DNA of 64,000 nucleotides, taken from Candidatus Tayloriibacteriota bacterium (GTDB lineage Bacteria; Patescibacteriota; Minisyncoccia; Phycocordibacterales; PALSA-1337). Within the stretch, counting starts at the first letter, position 1; the number at the start of each line of letters is the position of its first letter. A program made the position numbers and the translations under genes. Under the pieces are notes generated by a model that saw only the letters and a program-made list of their open reading frames with translations, made no database searches and was not told where the DNA came from. The stretch covers positions 96,689 through 160,688 of the forward strand of contig CALRAJ010000001.1 in the NCBI GenBank assembly GCA_943350765.1. Reading direction: 5' to 3'. Shown one piece after another: positions 1 to 9,680 of this stretch.

Positions 1-1269
1 CACTAGACCTTTTTGCCCCTCAGACAGACTACCGATCTTTGTATCAATCACATCAGAAGTAATAAGGAATCCTGATGCTACTGCACGCACCCGCTCTTGA
101 TCAAAACCTCCGGCCGCGGTCATCAAAGACTTGAGTACCGTCTCCTCAAAGTTAAGTGTTGAGAAATCCTGTCTATAGTAGCCTACCTTTACACCGCTAG
201 CGATTTTAGTACCCGGAGCCGTACCCCGTGCCATCGCTTCGAGCAAAGTGCTTTTACCAATACCGTTTGGACCACGCAAAAGTAAATGCTGGTTTTTCTT
301 TAAAGAAATGTGTACTTTTTTGGCGACGGGTTTGTGGTTTTTACCGATTACGGTGTACGAAGAAATGCTGACCAGCTCGCCCAAAAGATCTTCTTGGTTT
401 GGAATAATAAACGCTCTGATAGTTCTATCCTCTTTACGCACATCCACTTTTTCATCCTCCAGCTCCTCTGCCTTTTCTCGCATTCTTTTTGCTACCAAAC
501 GCATCTGACCACCTTTTTGAGCAAAAAAGTTGGCCTTGTCTTTGTTGTCTTGAATCTCTTTGGCGAGCTGAGCATTCTTACGATTTTCTTTTTCGATACG
601 AGCAGAAATTTCCTTTACTACATCAAAATAGTTACCATGATACTGCTCTACTTTTCGAGTATGAATATCTAGATAGAGTACACCGTCAGTAAAGGCATTT
701 AAGAAGTCGGCATCGTGGGAAATAACCACAACTGTTTTTTGATAGTTGATTAAAAATTGCGTAAGGTGCTCAATACCAGATTTATCGAGATTGTTGGTCG
801 GCTCATCGAGTAGAAGTAGGTCTGGATCTTGAATGAGAGCTGAGGCTAGTAGAAGACGGGCTTGCTGACCACCAGAAAAGCTTTTGACTATCCGATCATG
901 CATCTTCCCATGACCTTTGAGATTGACCACTTCGAGTACAGCGTCAATGCGTGGATCAATATCATATTTCTTTTCGGTAAAACATTTTTCAAAAAAAGCA
1001 CGGACAGTGAGCTCTAGGTCTGACCGAGGTATCACTTGTCTAGAAAGTGCAATACTTACGCCATTGGTTAGATTTACTTTTCCTGATTCTGGCTTGAGAG
1101 CCTTGGTTATAAGTTGAAAAATGGTACTTTTACCAGCACCGTTTTGACCCATAAAGGTTATCTTTGTCCCACGGCGTATGACAAAATCAGCCCCATCTAA
1201 AATAGGTTTATTTTGCCCATACTCAAAGGACACTTTTTCAAACGAAACGATACTGTCGGTTTTTGCCAT
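1..1269 (-). CDS. ABC-F family ATPase (EttA/Uup-like translation factor), C-terminus truncated by window edge
   Basis: ATG at 1267-1269 on the minus strand. The translation begins MAKTDSIVSFEKVSFEYGQNKPIL. It has two Walker A motifs (GQNGAGKST and GPNGIGKST) and an ABC signature (LSGGQQARL) arranged as tandem ABC domains. No TM region. Confidence 0.85.
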   Translation of the reverse strand, partial: MAKTDSIVSFEKVSFEYGQNKPILDGADFVIRRGTKITFMGQNGAGKSTIFQLITKALKPESGKVNLTNGVSIALSRQVIPRSDLELTVRAFFEKCFTEKKYDIDPRIDAVLEVVNLKGHGKMHDRIVKSFSGGQQARLLLASALIQDPDLLLLDEPTNNLDKSGIEHLTQFLINYQKTVVVISHDADFLNAFTDGVLYLDIHTRKVEQYHGNYFDVVKEISARIEKENRKNAQLAKEIQDNKDKANFFAQKGGQMRLVAKRMREKAEELEDEKVDVRKEDRTIRAFIIPNQEDLLGELVSISSYTVIGKNHKPVAKKVHISLKKNQHLLLRGPNGIGKSTLLEAMARGTAPGTKIASGVKVGYYRQDFSTLNFEETVLKSLMTAAGGFDQERVRAVASGFLITSDVIDTKIGSLSEGQKGLV

Positions 1270-1343
1270 GAGGAGATACTTTAACACGATAATTTAATAG
1301 AATCAAGCACTATGTACAAGAATTGAGATCTTGGTTGCAAACT

Positions 1344-1375
1344 AAAACAGCACGACCTTTCGGTCGTGCTGTTTT
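1344..1375 (-). terminator. Rho-independent terminator downstream of csp
   Basis: aaaacagcacgacc-tttc-ggtcgtgctgtttt, a perfect 14-bp stem followed by a T-run on the minus strand. Confidence 0.6.
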
Positions 1376-1390
1376 AGTTATAACCAAAGC

Positions 1391-1591
1391 TTACGCTCGA
1401 GCTACATTTACCGCTGATGGACCTTTTGGACCATCACCGATTTCAAAAGTAACTTTGTCACCCTCTTTTAGAGTGTCAAAAGCTACTCCATTCAAATCTT
1501 TTGAGTGGAAGAAAAGATCCTTTACTTCGCCTTCGCGAGCAATAAATCCAAATCCTCGATCAGTAAGAGTTTTGATTGTTCCTGTCATCAT
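1391..1591 (-). CDS. cspA: Cold-shock protein (CspA family)
   Basis: 66 aa, MMTGTIKTLTDRGFGFI...; the RNP1 motif GFGFI and the FFH/VAF motifs are present. Confidence 0.95.
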   Translation of the reverse strand: MMTGTIKTLTDRGFGFIAREGEVKDLFFHSKDLNGVAFDTLKEGDKVTFEIGDGPKGPSAVNVARA

Positions 1592-1660
1592 GTGAGTATT
1601 TTGTTAGTATAAACTAAGAAACTCGACTGCGTTTCTGTGCCTCTAGGCACCTTACCCATT

Positions 1661-1689
1661 AGTATATACTATCTCGATTATTTTGTCAA
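1661..1689 (-). promoter_or_regulatory. sigma70-like promoter for csp with a long 5' UTR
   Basis: On the minus strand: TTGACA, 17 nt, TATACT, followed by a leader of about 70 nt, which is typical of cold-shock mRNAs. Confidence 0.45.
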
Positions 1690-1786
1690 GCTTTTTTATC
1701 AACACTCTTAGCATATTTGTCATAAAAAGCTTACAAGGCAACAAATACCGTACTGTCTCACGATTATAAAATGTCTAGTGGTTAAA

Positions 1787-1819
1787 CAAAAAACGCAGGG
1801 GATTTGCCTGCGTTTTTTG
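1787..1819 (-). terminator. Rho-independent terminator after the SWIB gene
   Basis: aaaaaacgcagg-ggatttg-cctgcgtttttt. Confidence 0.6.
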
Positions 1820-1840
1820 TTTTTAAATCCTTAATTTTAT

Positions 1841-2098
1841 TTAAGAAAGATGCTTTGAAACGAGCTTTGTCATTTCAAACATATTCACAACATCTTTACC
1901 GCCAAAGACTTTCTTTAGGGGAGCATCGGCGACAATGTTTCGCTTATTTTTCGGATCTTGAAGGTTCTTGCCTTTGATATAGACCCAGAGAGCTTTTACT
2001 ACTTCTGACCGAGGCATTGGTCCTTTACCCACAACGACAGCTAAGTCTGCACTCACTGTTAACGGCTTCATAAATGCTGAATTTGTTTTTGGTGCCAT
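1841..2098 (-). CDS. SWIB/MDM2 domain protein
   Basis: 85 aa; the run AVVVGKGPMPRSEVVKALWVYIKGKNLQDPKNKRNI...KVFGGKDVVNMFEM matches the SWIB fold consensus. Confidence 0.8.
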   Translation of the reverse strand: MAPKTNSAFMKPLTVSADLAVVVGKGPMPRSEVVKALWVYIKGKNLQDPKNKRNIVADAPLKKVFGGKDVVNMFEMTKLVSKHLS

Positions 2099-2244
2099 AT
2101 ATTTTGTTTATTTAATAACTACCTGATTGTATCATACAAGCAAGATATTGGGAAGCGACCTTATAAACACCTCTCCACTAAGGATACTTTTTGACAGTTC
2201 TGTATTTATCTATATTCTACATATTTTAGCTGACTGAAATAGGC

Positions 2245-2613
2245 CTATTTTATATTAATTGAGGCATTTTCTAGTATTCTAAGTACTTCGTCTAATTTTG
2301 GGTCAGGAACAAGTCCTTTACTTTTTCTAAATTCAATCTGAAAGCTAACAGATGCTATTTTACCACTTAACCACTTTTGGAACTCCTCGATGCTTTTGCT
2401 GTTATGTCTTTTACTTTTAATATAATTTTCATCAATCACAATCGATGGTGCATTTATAATCAAGGTATACACTACCCCTGTAACAATAGCCATCAACAGA
2501 AAACTTACCTTTGATTCAATATGTGTATTGATAAGGTAGATGAGAACTATACCTGCTACAAAATATATAAATTGTCTGAAAGTAAGTGGTCCAAAAATCT
2601 TATCCTCGTCCAT
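2245..2613 (-). CDS. Hypothetical membrane protein, co-operonic with the SPFH gene
   Basis: 122 aa with two TM helices. Its start lies 1 nt from the SPFH stop. Confidence 0.5.
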   Translation of the reverse strand: MDEDKIFGPLTFRQFIYFVAGIVLIYLINTHIESKVSFLLMAIVTGVVYTLIINAPSIVIDENYIKSKRHNSKSIEEFQKWLSGKIASVSFQIEFRKSKGLVPDPKLDEVLRILENASINIK

Positions 2614-2614
2614 T

Positions 2615-3355
2615 TTATTTCTTTATAAAACCTTCGAGTGCCTTTAGCGCTTCAACAGGTACCATGTAGACTACTGTATTACTCTGGTCAGACGACATGT
2701 CGTTTATTGACTGGAGTGTTCGAAGGTGGAGAGCGCCTGGGGTTTTTGCAAGCATCTCAGCAGCCTTGGCGATATTTTCTGATGCAGCGAGCTCACCCTC
2801 TGAGTTTATTATCACTGCTCGTTTTTCACGCTCAGCTTCTGCCTGCTTACCGATAGTTCTTTCCATTTCCGCTGGTAGACTAACATCTTTGAGTTCAACA
2901 TTTTGTACTTTCAGACCCCACGCATCAGTTTCTTTGTCGACAATCTCTCGTATTCTGTCCGCAATCTTATCTCGGCTTGAAAGAAGCTCGTCTAGGGTTA
3001 CTTCACCGACAATATTTCTCATGGTTGTCTGGGCGTATTGAGATATGGCATATTTAAAATCCTCTACTTCGACAATAGCTTTGTTGGCATCGCTCACCTT
3101 GTAATATATAACTGCGTTTACACGAACAGTAACATTGTCTCTGGTAATCGCATTTTGATCTGGCACATCTACAGCCTTTGTTCTTACATCCACTTTCTGA
3201 TAGCTTTGAATAACTGGCCAGACGATTCTCCAGCCAGGCTCCATGATAGAAGTAAACTTACCAAAGGTAAATTTTACCCCTCGCTCATATTGATTTATCT
3301 GACGAATACTGGTGATAATCAAAAAAGCAATTATTCCTAAAATTGTATAGAACAT
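2615..3355 (-). CDS. SPFH/band-7 (stomatin/prohibitin-like) protein
   Basis: 246 aa. An N-terminal TM is followed by an SPFH core (VDVRTKAVDVPDQNAITRDNVTVRVNAVIYYKV) and a coiled-coil A/E-rich tail. Confidence 0.85.
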   Translation of the reverse strand: MFYTILGIIAFLIITSIRQINQYERGVKFTFGKFTSIMEPGWRIVWPVIQSYQKVDVRTKAVDVPDQNAITRDNVTVRVNAVIYYKVSDANKAIVEVEDFKYAISQYAQTTMRNIVGEVTLDELLSSRDKIADRIREIVDKETDAWGLKVQNVELKDVSLPAEMERTIGKQAEAEREKRAVIINSEGELAASENIAKAAEMLAKTPGALHLRTLQSINDMSSDQSNTVVYMVPVEALKALEGFIKK

Positions 3356-3491
3356 ATAAAATTAGATATTATTTCGGTCATTGATTGATAATTTTTTAAT
3401 AATAGCACTATTACCCCAAAAGCGTAAACTAATGGGTTTAACCTTTTAAATATGGACATGTTTTTCGATTTTTCCATGATATACTATCCCT

Positions 3492-3863
3492 ATGACTAAC
3501 ATGAAAGACATCTTAAAAATTAGCTCGATTCCGGTCTTGCTTGCCTCGCTGTGCTGTCTATCGCCGATTATTTTGGTGCTTCTGGGGGTTACTACGGTCA
3601 GTTTCGCTTCGTCTTTTAGTGACATTTTGTACGGAGAGTATAAATGGTATTTTCGGCTGGTTGGTCTGCTCGGCTTAGCATTGTCCCTTGTATTTTATTT
3701 CCGTCAAACAAAAGGGATCTGCACTGTAGATGAAGTAAAAAAGCGACGCAATGAAATAATCAACACCATCGCACTTTCGGTGATTGCTGGAGTAGTCGGA
3801 TACATTTTCTTTTTGTATGTGGTGGTGCATTATTGGGGTGTGTTTTTAGATTTGTGGAAGTAG
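3492..3863 (+). CDS. MerT-like small membrane protein (CC motif in TM1)
   Basis: 123 aa with 3-4 TM helices. LLASLCCLSPIILVLLGV resembles the MerT TM1 CC(L/V)xP motif. Only one further Cys is present (ICTV). Confidence 0.4.
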   Translation: MTNMKDILKISSIPVLLASLCCLSPIILVLLGVTTVSFASSFSDILYGEYKWYFRLVGLLGLALSLVFYFRQTKGICTVDEVKKRRNEIINTIALSVIAGVVGYIFFLYVVVHYWGVFLDLWK

Positions 3864-3896
3864 ATTGGGTATAAGTAAAAATTAGGCCTAAAAATT

Positions 3897-5054
3897 ATGA
3901 ATAATTTCACAAAAATCAGTATGGTTTTATTCCTTATAATCGGAGGATTTTTTGTATGGTTTTCATCGTGGTATCAAAAGTCGAAGCCACATCTCATTCC
4001 ACCGATTGCAATAGATAACTCAGTAGCAACGAGTACTGCAATTCTCGCTGGAGGATGTTTTTGGTGTGTTGAGTCTGATTTTGAAAAGCTTGATGGGGTA
4101 CTTGATGTAGTGTCTGGGTATTCGGGTGGTACTACTGCCAATCCAGATTATAAAAACTACGCACAAGATGGTCATCGTGAAGTAGTAAAAATTACTTATG
4201 ATACTGACAAACTCACATTTGCAAATTTAGTAGAATATCTCATAAAGCATAGCGACGCTACAGACTCAGGAGGATCTTTTTATGACCGAGGTCAGCAATA
4301 CGCTTCGGCAGTATATTATGCAAATGATACTGAAAAGAAAAGTGCTGAAAAAGTAATTGCTGACATCAATGCGCTAAAAGTGTATGAAAAGCCACTGGCA
4401 CTCAAAGTACTTTCTCGAGCCACTTTTTATCCCGCAGAGGACTTTCATCAGGATTATTACAAAAAGAACACACTTCGTTATCAGTACTACCGCAACGCCT
4501 CGGGCCGAGATGCATTTGTACAAAAGTATTGGGGGGACAAGACAGGAATTTTTTCAGTGTCTACTATTATTTCATCAATAAACATGACAAATATACATAA
4601 ATCAAAATGGGGATCATTCATAAAGCCGAGTGATGCCGAGCTTCGAGCAAAGCTGTTGCCACTGCAATACAGGGTTACTCAGGAGGAGGGGACTGAACGA
4701 GCTTTTAATAATGAGTATGATGCCAATAAAGCTGTGGGTATTTATGTAGATATTGTTTCGGGCGAGCCGTTGTACTCGTCGAAAGACAAGTATGATTCTG
4801 GTACTGGCTGGCCTTCTTTTGTAAAGCCGATTACTGCTGACGCAGTAGCACTTTATGTGGATAATGGACTTTTTACGACTCGTACTGAAGTTCGTTCTCG
4901 ATACGCGGACTCACATCTAGGACATGTATTTGACGATGGTCCAAACGACCGAGGTGGCAAGAGATATTGTATGAACTCTTCGGCAATGCGTTTTGTTCCG
5001 AAAGAAAAGATGATGGAAGAGGGGTATGGGGAGTATGTGAAGTTTTTGGAGTAA
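3897..5054 (+). CDS. msrAB: Membrane-anchored peptide methionine sulfoxide reductase, MsrA-MsrB fusion
   Basis: An N-terminal TM is followed by the MsrA active site GGCFWCVE, then the MsrB motifs [10 protein letters not shown] and [11 protein letters not shown]. Confidence 0.9.
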   Translation: MNNFTKISMVLFLIIGGFFVWFSSWYQKSKPHLIPPIAIDNSVATSTAILAGGCFWCVESDFEKLDGVLDVVSGYSGGTTANPDYKNYAQDGHREVVKITYDTDKLTFANLVEYLIKHSDATDSGGSFYDRGQQYASAVYYANDTEKKSAEKVIADINALKVYEKPLALKVLSRATFYPAEDFHQDYYKKNTLRYQYYRNASGRDAFVQKYWGDKTGIFSVSTIISSINMTNIHKSKWGSFIKPSDAELRAKLLPLQYRVTQEEGTERAFNNEYDANKAVGIYVDIVSGEPLYSSKDKYDSGTGWPSFVKPITADAVALYVDNGLFTTRTEVRSRYADSHLGHVFDDGPNDRGGKRYCMNSSAMRFVPKEKMMEEGYGEYVKFLE

Positions 5055-5205
5055 TGGTTCCCATTCTCCCTTGGTAAAGGGAGTGGTCCGAAGGCCGAGG
5101 GATTTGAAACTCAAAAATCCCTCCACGCCAGAGTACTGGCGGTGCTCCCTTTACGAAAGGGAGAATAATAGCAGGTATAATTTTAGGGTGGTATACTATA
5201 AGCAT

Positions 5206-5574
5206 ATGAAAATAAATGAAATCGCATTTGTGTGTTATCCAGTAAATGATATCAAACGGGCTCGGGCTTTTTATGAAGGAGTGCTTGAGCTAAAGCCAGG
5301 AAATGTTTGGGAAGGTGAAGGTATGGCTTTTGTTGAATACGAGCTTGGTTCGCATACTTTGGCCATAGGGTATGGTGCTCCAGAATGGAAGTCTGGTAGG
5401 ACGGGTGCTACGGCGGCACTTGAAGTCGAGGATTTTGATGAGGCAGTGAAGAAACTTAAAGACAGCAAGGTTGAGTTCATCTATGAGCCTCACGAAACTT
5501 CTGTTTGTCACATGGCTCTTTTTGCTGATACTGAGGGAAATCAAATTATGATTCATAAAAGAAAGACGAAATAA
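5206..5574 (+). CDS. VOC/glyoxalase-bleomycin resistance family protein
   Basis: 122 aa starting at the internal ATG at 5206 (MKINEIAFVCYPVNDIKRARAFYEGVLEL...), a typical VOC beta-alpha-beta N-terminus. The upstream part of the track ORF lies over a hairpin cluster. Confidence 0.6.
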   Translation: MKINEIAFVCYPVNDIKRARAFYEGVLELKPGNVWEGEGMAFVEYELGSHTLAIGYGAPEWKSGRTGATAALEVEDFDEAVKKLKDSKVEFIYEPHETSVCHMALFADTEGNQIMIHKRKTK

Positions 5575-5584
5575 TTTTTCCTTT

Positions 5585-6361
5585 ATGGATATAGAAAAAC
5601 ATAAAAAACAATTTGGTAATCAGGCTGAGAATTATACAAAGTATAGGAAACCGTATATAGAAAAACTATATGACCTTTTGTTTTCTCTTGTGCCAACAGA
5701 AGATAGTAAAAAGATCCTCGATGTTGCTTGTGGGACGGGTAAATCGACTGAATCTTTGGTGAGAGAGAATGTAGAGGTTTTTGGTTGTGATCATGATCCG
5801 CTCATGATTTTAGAGGCCGAGAAACAGGCACATCTGAAAGGTCTTCCAATAAGCTATTCTGTAGGGGAAGCAGAAAACTTACCGTTTAAAGGCGGGCAAT
5901 TTGATGTGGTCACGGTGGGGACAGCCTTTCATTTTTTTGTAAATGACAAATCAGTTTTAGAAATAAAACGCGTTCTCAATGACCGTGGGTTATTTTTTGT
6001 TTTTTGGACGCTAACCACAAAAGATATTCTAGAAGAGGATTCTGTGCCAGCGAGCTTTTTTCAATCATTTAAGTGGGATAGGGTTCCTTCTCAATTGCGG
6101 GATTTAGATACTATTTCCGACTTTTTAAAAGATCAGGGTTTACAGCGAGTTGAGACAGCCAGAATTTCATTTACTCACAATGATACTGTGGAGGAACAGG
6201 TGGGCTTGATGAAAACCGCTTCAAGCTATGGGCTTCTTTCTGAGGGTGAGAAAGAAAGGTTTGTCAGTGAGCTTACAAAGCTTCTCACAATCAAACTCGG
6301 CACCAGACCTTACTTTACATTTGAAGAAGAAATTCAAGTGTGTTACGGATTTAAAAATTAA
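5585..6361 (+). CDS. Class I SAM-dependent methyltransferase
   Basis: Motif I ILDVACGTGKST and the post-I acidic residue are present; Methyltransf_11/25-like. Confidence 0.8.
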   Translation: MDIEKHKKQFGNQAENYTKYRKPYIEKLYDLLFSLVPTEDSKKILDVACGTGKSTESLVRENVEVFGCDHDPLMILEAEKQAHLKGLPISYSVGEAENLPFKGGQFDVVTVGTAFHFFVNDKSVLEIKRVLNDRGLFFVFWTLTTKDILEEDSVPASFFQSFKWDRVPSQLRDLDTISDFLKDQGLQRVETARISFTHNDTVEEQVGLMKTASSYGLLSEGEKERFVSELTKLLTIKLGTRPYFTFEEEIQVCYGFKN

Positions 6362-6390
6362 TTGAGTAAGTCTCGTGTTACAATAACTCC

Positions 6391-8103
6391 ATGACCCAAA
6401 AGGAAGCACTCTCGTTTTTAAAAATTGGAGCAAATGTTTTTCTGACAGGGGAGCCTGGGTCGGGTAAAACTCATACTATCAACGAGTATGTAAAATATCT
6501 CCGTTCCCACGGTATCGAGCCCGCCATTACCGCTTCGACCGGTATCGCTTCGACACACATCGGGGGCATGACAATACATGCCTGGAGCGGTATCGGTATC
6601 AAAAAGTTTTTATCTGAAAATGATCTCGACGAGCTGTGTCAGAGGGAGCGACTCGTCTCTAGAGTGTCAAAAACCAAAGTACTTATAATTGACGAGATTT
6701 CGATGCTAGACGCCCAGACACTCACGGCAGTAGATATGGCGTGTAAGGCACTAAGGCGTCGTGAAGAGCCTTTTGGGGGCATGCAGGTGGTCTTTGTGGG
6801 TGATTTCTTTCAGCTCCCACCGGTAAACAGGGCTGGGCAGGATGTATCACTTTTTGCCTATCTAGCTCCTATTTGGCAGGAAACAATGCCGATAGTGTGC
6901 TATCTTTCCGAACAGCATCGTACTGAGGACGCCAGTTTTCTCAAATTTCTTTCAGCAATACGCAGTGGGGAAATTACTGAAGATGTTCACGCGACTTTGC
7001 AAGCACGCATTACTACTAAAACTGAACATGGCAATGCTACTCGACTCTACGCTCATAATGTAAATGTAGATCGGGTAAACATCGAAAAATTAAACGCCCT
7101 CACACATACAGGTAGGACTTTTTCAATGTCTGCTCGAGGCGGAGAATATTCTATCGAGTCATTGAAAAAAAGTTGCTTGTCTCCCGAATCGCTTTCTCTC
7201 AAAGTCGGTGCGCAGGTCATGTTTACTAAAAATGTTTTTGAGTCGGGGTATGTGAACGGGACCCTCGGCGAGGTGGAAAGCTTTACTGCGAGTGGTGATC
7301 CAGTCGTGCGGACGAAAAAGGGGAAGCGTATACAGGTTGCACCACAAGATTGGACGATGAGTGACGGCTCACGGATCCTCGCGACCATCTCTCAAATACC
7401 GCTTCGTCTCGCTTGGGCTATCACCGTACACAAAAGCCAGGGCATGACACTCGATGAGGCGACGATTGACCTACGAGAGGCTTTTGAATATGGTCAGGGG
7501 TATGTCGCGCTTTCTCGTGTGCGGTCTTTTTCTGGACTTTCGCTTTTGGGCTACAATGCTCGCGCACTTGAGGTGCATCCAGAGGTGGCATCTGTCGATA
7601 GTCAGTTTAAAGAAGCGTCATTGAAGGCGGAAAATTCGCTCGACAAGATCGTTGAAGCTGAGCAGATCAAACTCGAGCATAATTTTATCCACGCCTGTGG
7701 TGGCAGTGTTGACCCAAGTAAGGTTAAAAAGAAAAAAAGTAAATCTGCGGGGGGATTTGGTGTTGCAAAAGTCAGTACCTATGATCAAACCCTCTCACTT
7801 TGCAAAGATGGTAAGAATGTTGATGAAATTACAAAATTACGTAATGTTACAAAAGGCACTATTATTGGTCATCTCGAAACTCTTTTTATGCGGGGGGATT
7901 TAGGTATTGATGTGATCAAGAAAATCATACCAAAAGAGTTAGTCCCTCAGATTCCAAAAATCAGCGAAGCATTTATCGAATTAAAAACAGAAATTTTGAC
8001 CCCCGTATTCGAAAAGCTTGGTAGCAAAGTACCTTTTGAAGACCTCCGTCTCGTGCGATTATATATGATGGCGGAGAGGGTAAAGATAGGGAAAAAAGAG
8101 TAA
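6391..8103 (+). CDS. PIF1/RecD-family ATP-dependent DNA helicase with C-terminal HTH domain
   Basis: Walker A GEPGSGKT, VFVGDFFQLPPV, and ITVHKSQGMTLDEA (Pif1 motif V). The C-terminal helix-turn-helix (DEITKLRNVTKGTIIGHLETL) is typical of bacterial Pif1. Confidence 0.85.
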   Translation: MTQKEALSFLKIGANVFLTGEPGSGKTHTINEYVKYLRSHGIEPAITASTGIASTHIGGMTIHAWSGIGIKKFLSENDLDELCQRERLVSRVSKTKVLIIDEISMLDAQTLTAVDMACKALRRREEPFGGMQVVFVGDFFQLPPVNRAGQDVSLFAYLAPIWQETMPIVCYLSEQHRTEDASFLKFLSAIRSGEITEDVHATLQARITTKTEHGNATRLYAHNVNVDRVNIEKLNALTHTGRTFSMSARGGEYSIESLKKSCLSPESLSLKVGAQVMFTKNVFESGYVNGTLGEVESFTASGDPVVRTKKGKRIQVAPQDWTMSDGSRILATISQIPLRLAWAITVHKSQGMTLDEATIDLREAFEYGQGYVALSRVRSFSGLSLLGYNARALEVHPEVASVDSQFKEASLKAENSLDKIVEAEQIKLEHNFIHACGGSVDPSKVKKKKSKSAGGFGVAKVSTYDQTLSLCKDGKNVDEITKLRNVTKGTIIGHLETLFMRGDLGIDVIKKIIPKELVPQIPKISEAFIELKTEILTPVFEKLGSKVPFEDLRLVRLYMMAERVKIGKKE

Positions 8104-8207
8104 AAAATACAAACATAGTTTTTAGACTTGTACAGATTGACTTTTATCGTATACTATTTTAGTATACAAACAAAGTTCTTAAACAACAAACAAGGAAAGG
8201 GGACTGT

Positions 8208-9305
8208 ATGTCAGAAAATATTCTGGATATTAGCGGATTGGTGGAACGGATCATGGCAGTAGCCGGAGTGGGTGAGACAGTAGTGTTATGTGCCGAACGC
8301 CTACTACTAAAAGGCCTCGAGGATTCAGAGCTTGAGTACGCAGTAACAATTAACAGCTTACTCAGTTTTACTCCAGAAGAGATTGCTTTTATGCAGGAAA
8401 ATACCTCAAAGTTATCGATCGCTCAGATGACTAAAAGCCTAAAAAAGCCATTCAAGCTTGTCAAGAAAGCTATGAGAAGCCTTTGTGTTGAATACATAAA
8501 AACACACTGGGAAAGTCAGACTGATGTGGTGTTGGCTGAGAGCTTGAAAATCAAACCTCAGGTAGTGCGCTGGATCAGGAATACTCATGGCTTATACAGA
8601 AAACGCGGTCCTAAGTATGGTCCTCCGCCTGATACCAAAGTTGTGGAGTACATTGCACTCCACTGGCTAACGCAAACTGATTCTGAAATGGCTGAGGTTT
8701 TAGGATGCAAGTCTTCGGAAGTAGGTTGTGTCAGAAGGTCAAATGGTCTTCATAGAAAAAGAGGTATGGAGCCGTTTGTTCACCGAAAACTCAACCTTAA
8801 TAAAGCTGAGCTTGAGGATTTGCTAAAAAATCAGGGTTGTATTCTCGAAGATGTTGGCAAGATTTTCAAGATTACTAGGGAAAGAGTGCGTCAGATTGCC
8901 AAGGAAATGGGAATCAAAACAAGCTCGAAGAGCAGATCAGTCCTGTGGTATGCTCATCGCTACAAGCTACCAGAGTTTGCCGACAAGACTGTTTTCGAAC
9001 AGGCTTTATATAATGCTGGTAGCAATGATCGATTAGCAAAGTCTCGCATGACTAGCATTGGCAAAATCAATCGGTTGCTGAAATGTCACGGTATTCGTTC
9101 AGAAAAAGCTGAATATGCTGTACTGATGTGTAGCAATCCTAAATGTGGAAAGAGTTTTTCTCGCCTTAAAAGTGTGGCTGAAAGAACTCAAACCAAAGAT
9201 CCGACTTGTAGTCATAAATGTCGTAATGCTATGCATTCTGGCTTGGTCGCAGCACTGGCAAAAAGGGGGATAGAGTACTCGCCACCTGTCATGGCTATGC
9301 ACTAG
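8208..9305 (+). CDS. Hypothetical DNA-binding protein with sigma-70 region-4-like HTH repeats and a C-terminal Cys4 zinc ribbon
   Basis: ITRERVRQIAKEMGI is a sigma70 region-4-like HTH. There are internal repeats containing GL(Y/H)RKRG. The C-terminus is CSNPKCGK...CSHKC. Confidence 0.4.
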   Translation: MSENILDISGLVERIMAVAGVGETVVLCAERLLLKGLEDSELEYAVTINSLLSFTPEEIAFMQENTSKLSIAQMTKSLKKPFKLVKKAMRSLCVEYIKTHWESQTDVVLAESLKIKPQVVRWIRNTHGLYRKRGPKYGPPPDTKVVEYIALHWLTQTDSEMAEVLGCKSSEVGCVRRSNGLHRKRGMEPFVHRKLNLNKAELEDLLKNQGCILEDVGKIFKITRERVRQIAKEMGIKTSSKSRSVLWYAHRYKLPEFADKTVFEQALYNAGSNDRLAKSRMTSIGKINRLLKCHGIRSEKAEYAVLMCSNPKCGKSFSRLKSVAERTQTKDPTCSHKCRNAMHSGLVAALAKRGIEYSPPVMAMH

Positions 9306-9323
9306 CAGACCTTATCTACACAG

Positions 9324-9350
9324 CTCGTGAGCAATCACGAGTTTTTTATT
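9324..9350 (+). terminator. Rho-independent terminator
   Basis: ctcgtga-gcaa-tcacgag followed by tttttta. Confidence 0.6.
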
Positions 9351-9357
9351 TAATTTG

Positions 9358-9386
9358 ACAAAATAACCCATAGGGTGTATAATAGT
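9358..9386 (+). promoter_or_regulatory. Near-consensus sigma70 promoter
   Basis: TTGACA, 17 nt, TATAAT (ttgacaaaataacccatagggtgtataat), about 290 nt upstream of the DEAD-box helicase start. Confidence 0.6.
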
Positions 9387-9529
9387 CTATGTAACTGAAT
9401 CTCATCGTTTTTTGTGTTTGGGGATAACTCTCTAAACCCCTGAAGTCATAAGGCTTTTAAGAACTTTTGAGACAACCTAGTCACTTTTTTATTATAAAGA
9501 CTGGAGGGTTATATTGATCTCGAAACAAA

Positions 9530-9650
9530 AATTCTTACTTGGCACATCTTTTAAAAGGCACGAATATTTTTCTGGTGAAAAATTTCTCAAGTCTCGGCTA
9601 CCCGCCTTGCGAAGTCCTTTTAAAAGATACGCCTACGACGAATTTTTGTT
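9530..9650 (-). mobile_element. Degenerate copy (E) of the MITE-like repeat family, located in the DEAD-box helicase 5' leader
   Basis: Shares cttggcacatctttt, ctcggctacccgcc and aaaagatacgcctacgacg with copies at 12912, 20237, 24183 and 28448. Confidence 0.5.
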
Positions 9651-9680
9651 TCTTCGAAAGAGGGATTTTTTAAAAGAATT

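Noticed and set aside
248-692. Three plus-strand ORFs (86-120 aa) at the window start
   Set aside because: They are antisense to the well-supported ABC-F ATPase gene, whose Walker and signature motifs occupy this region on the minus strand.
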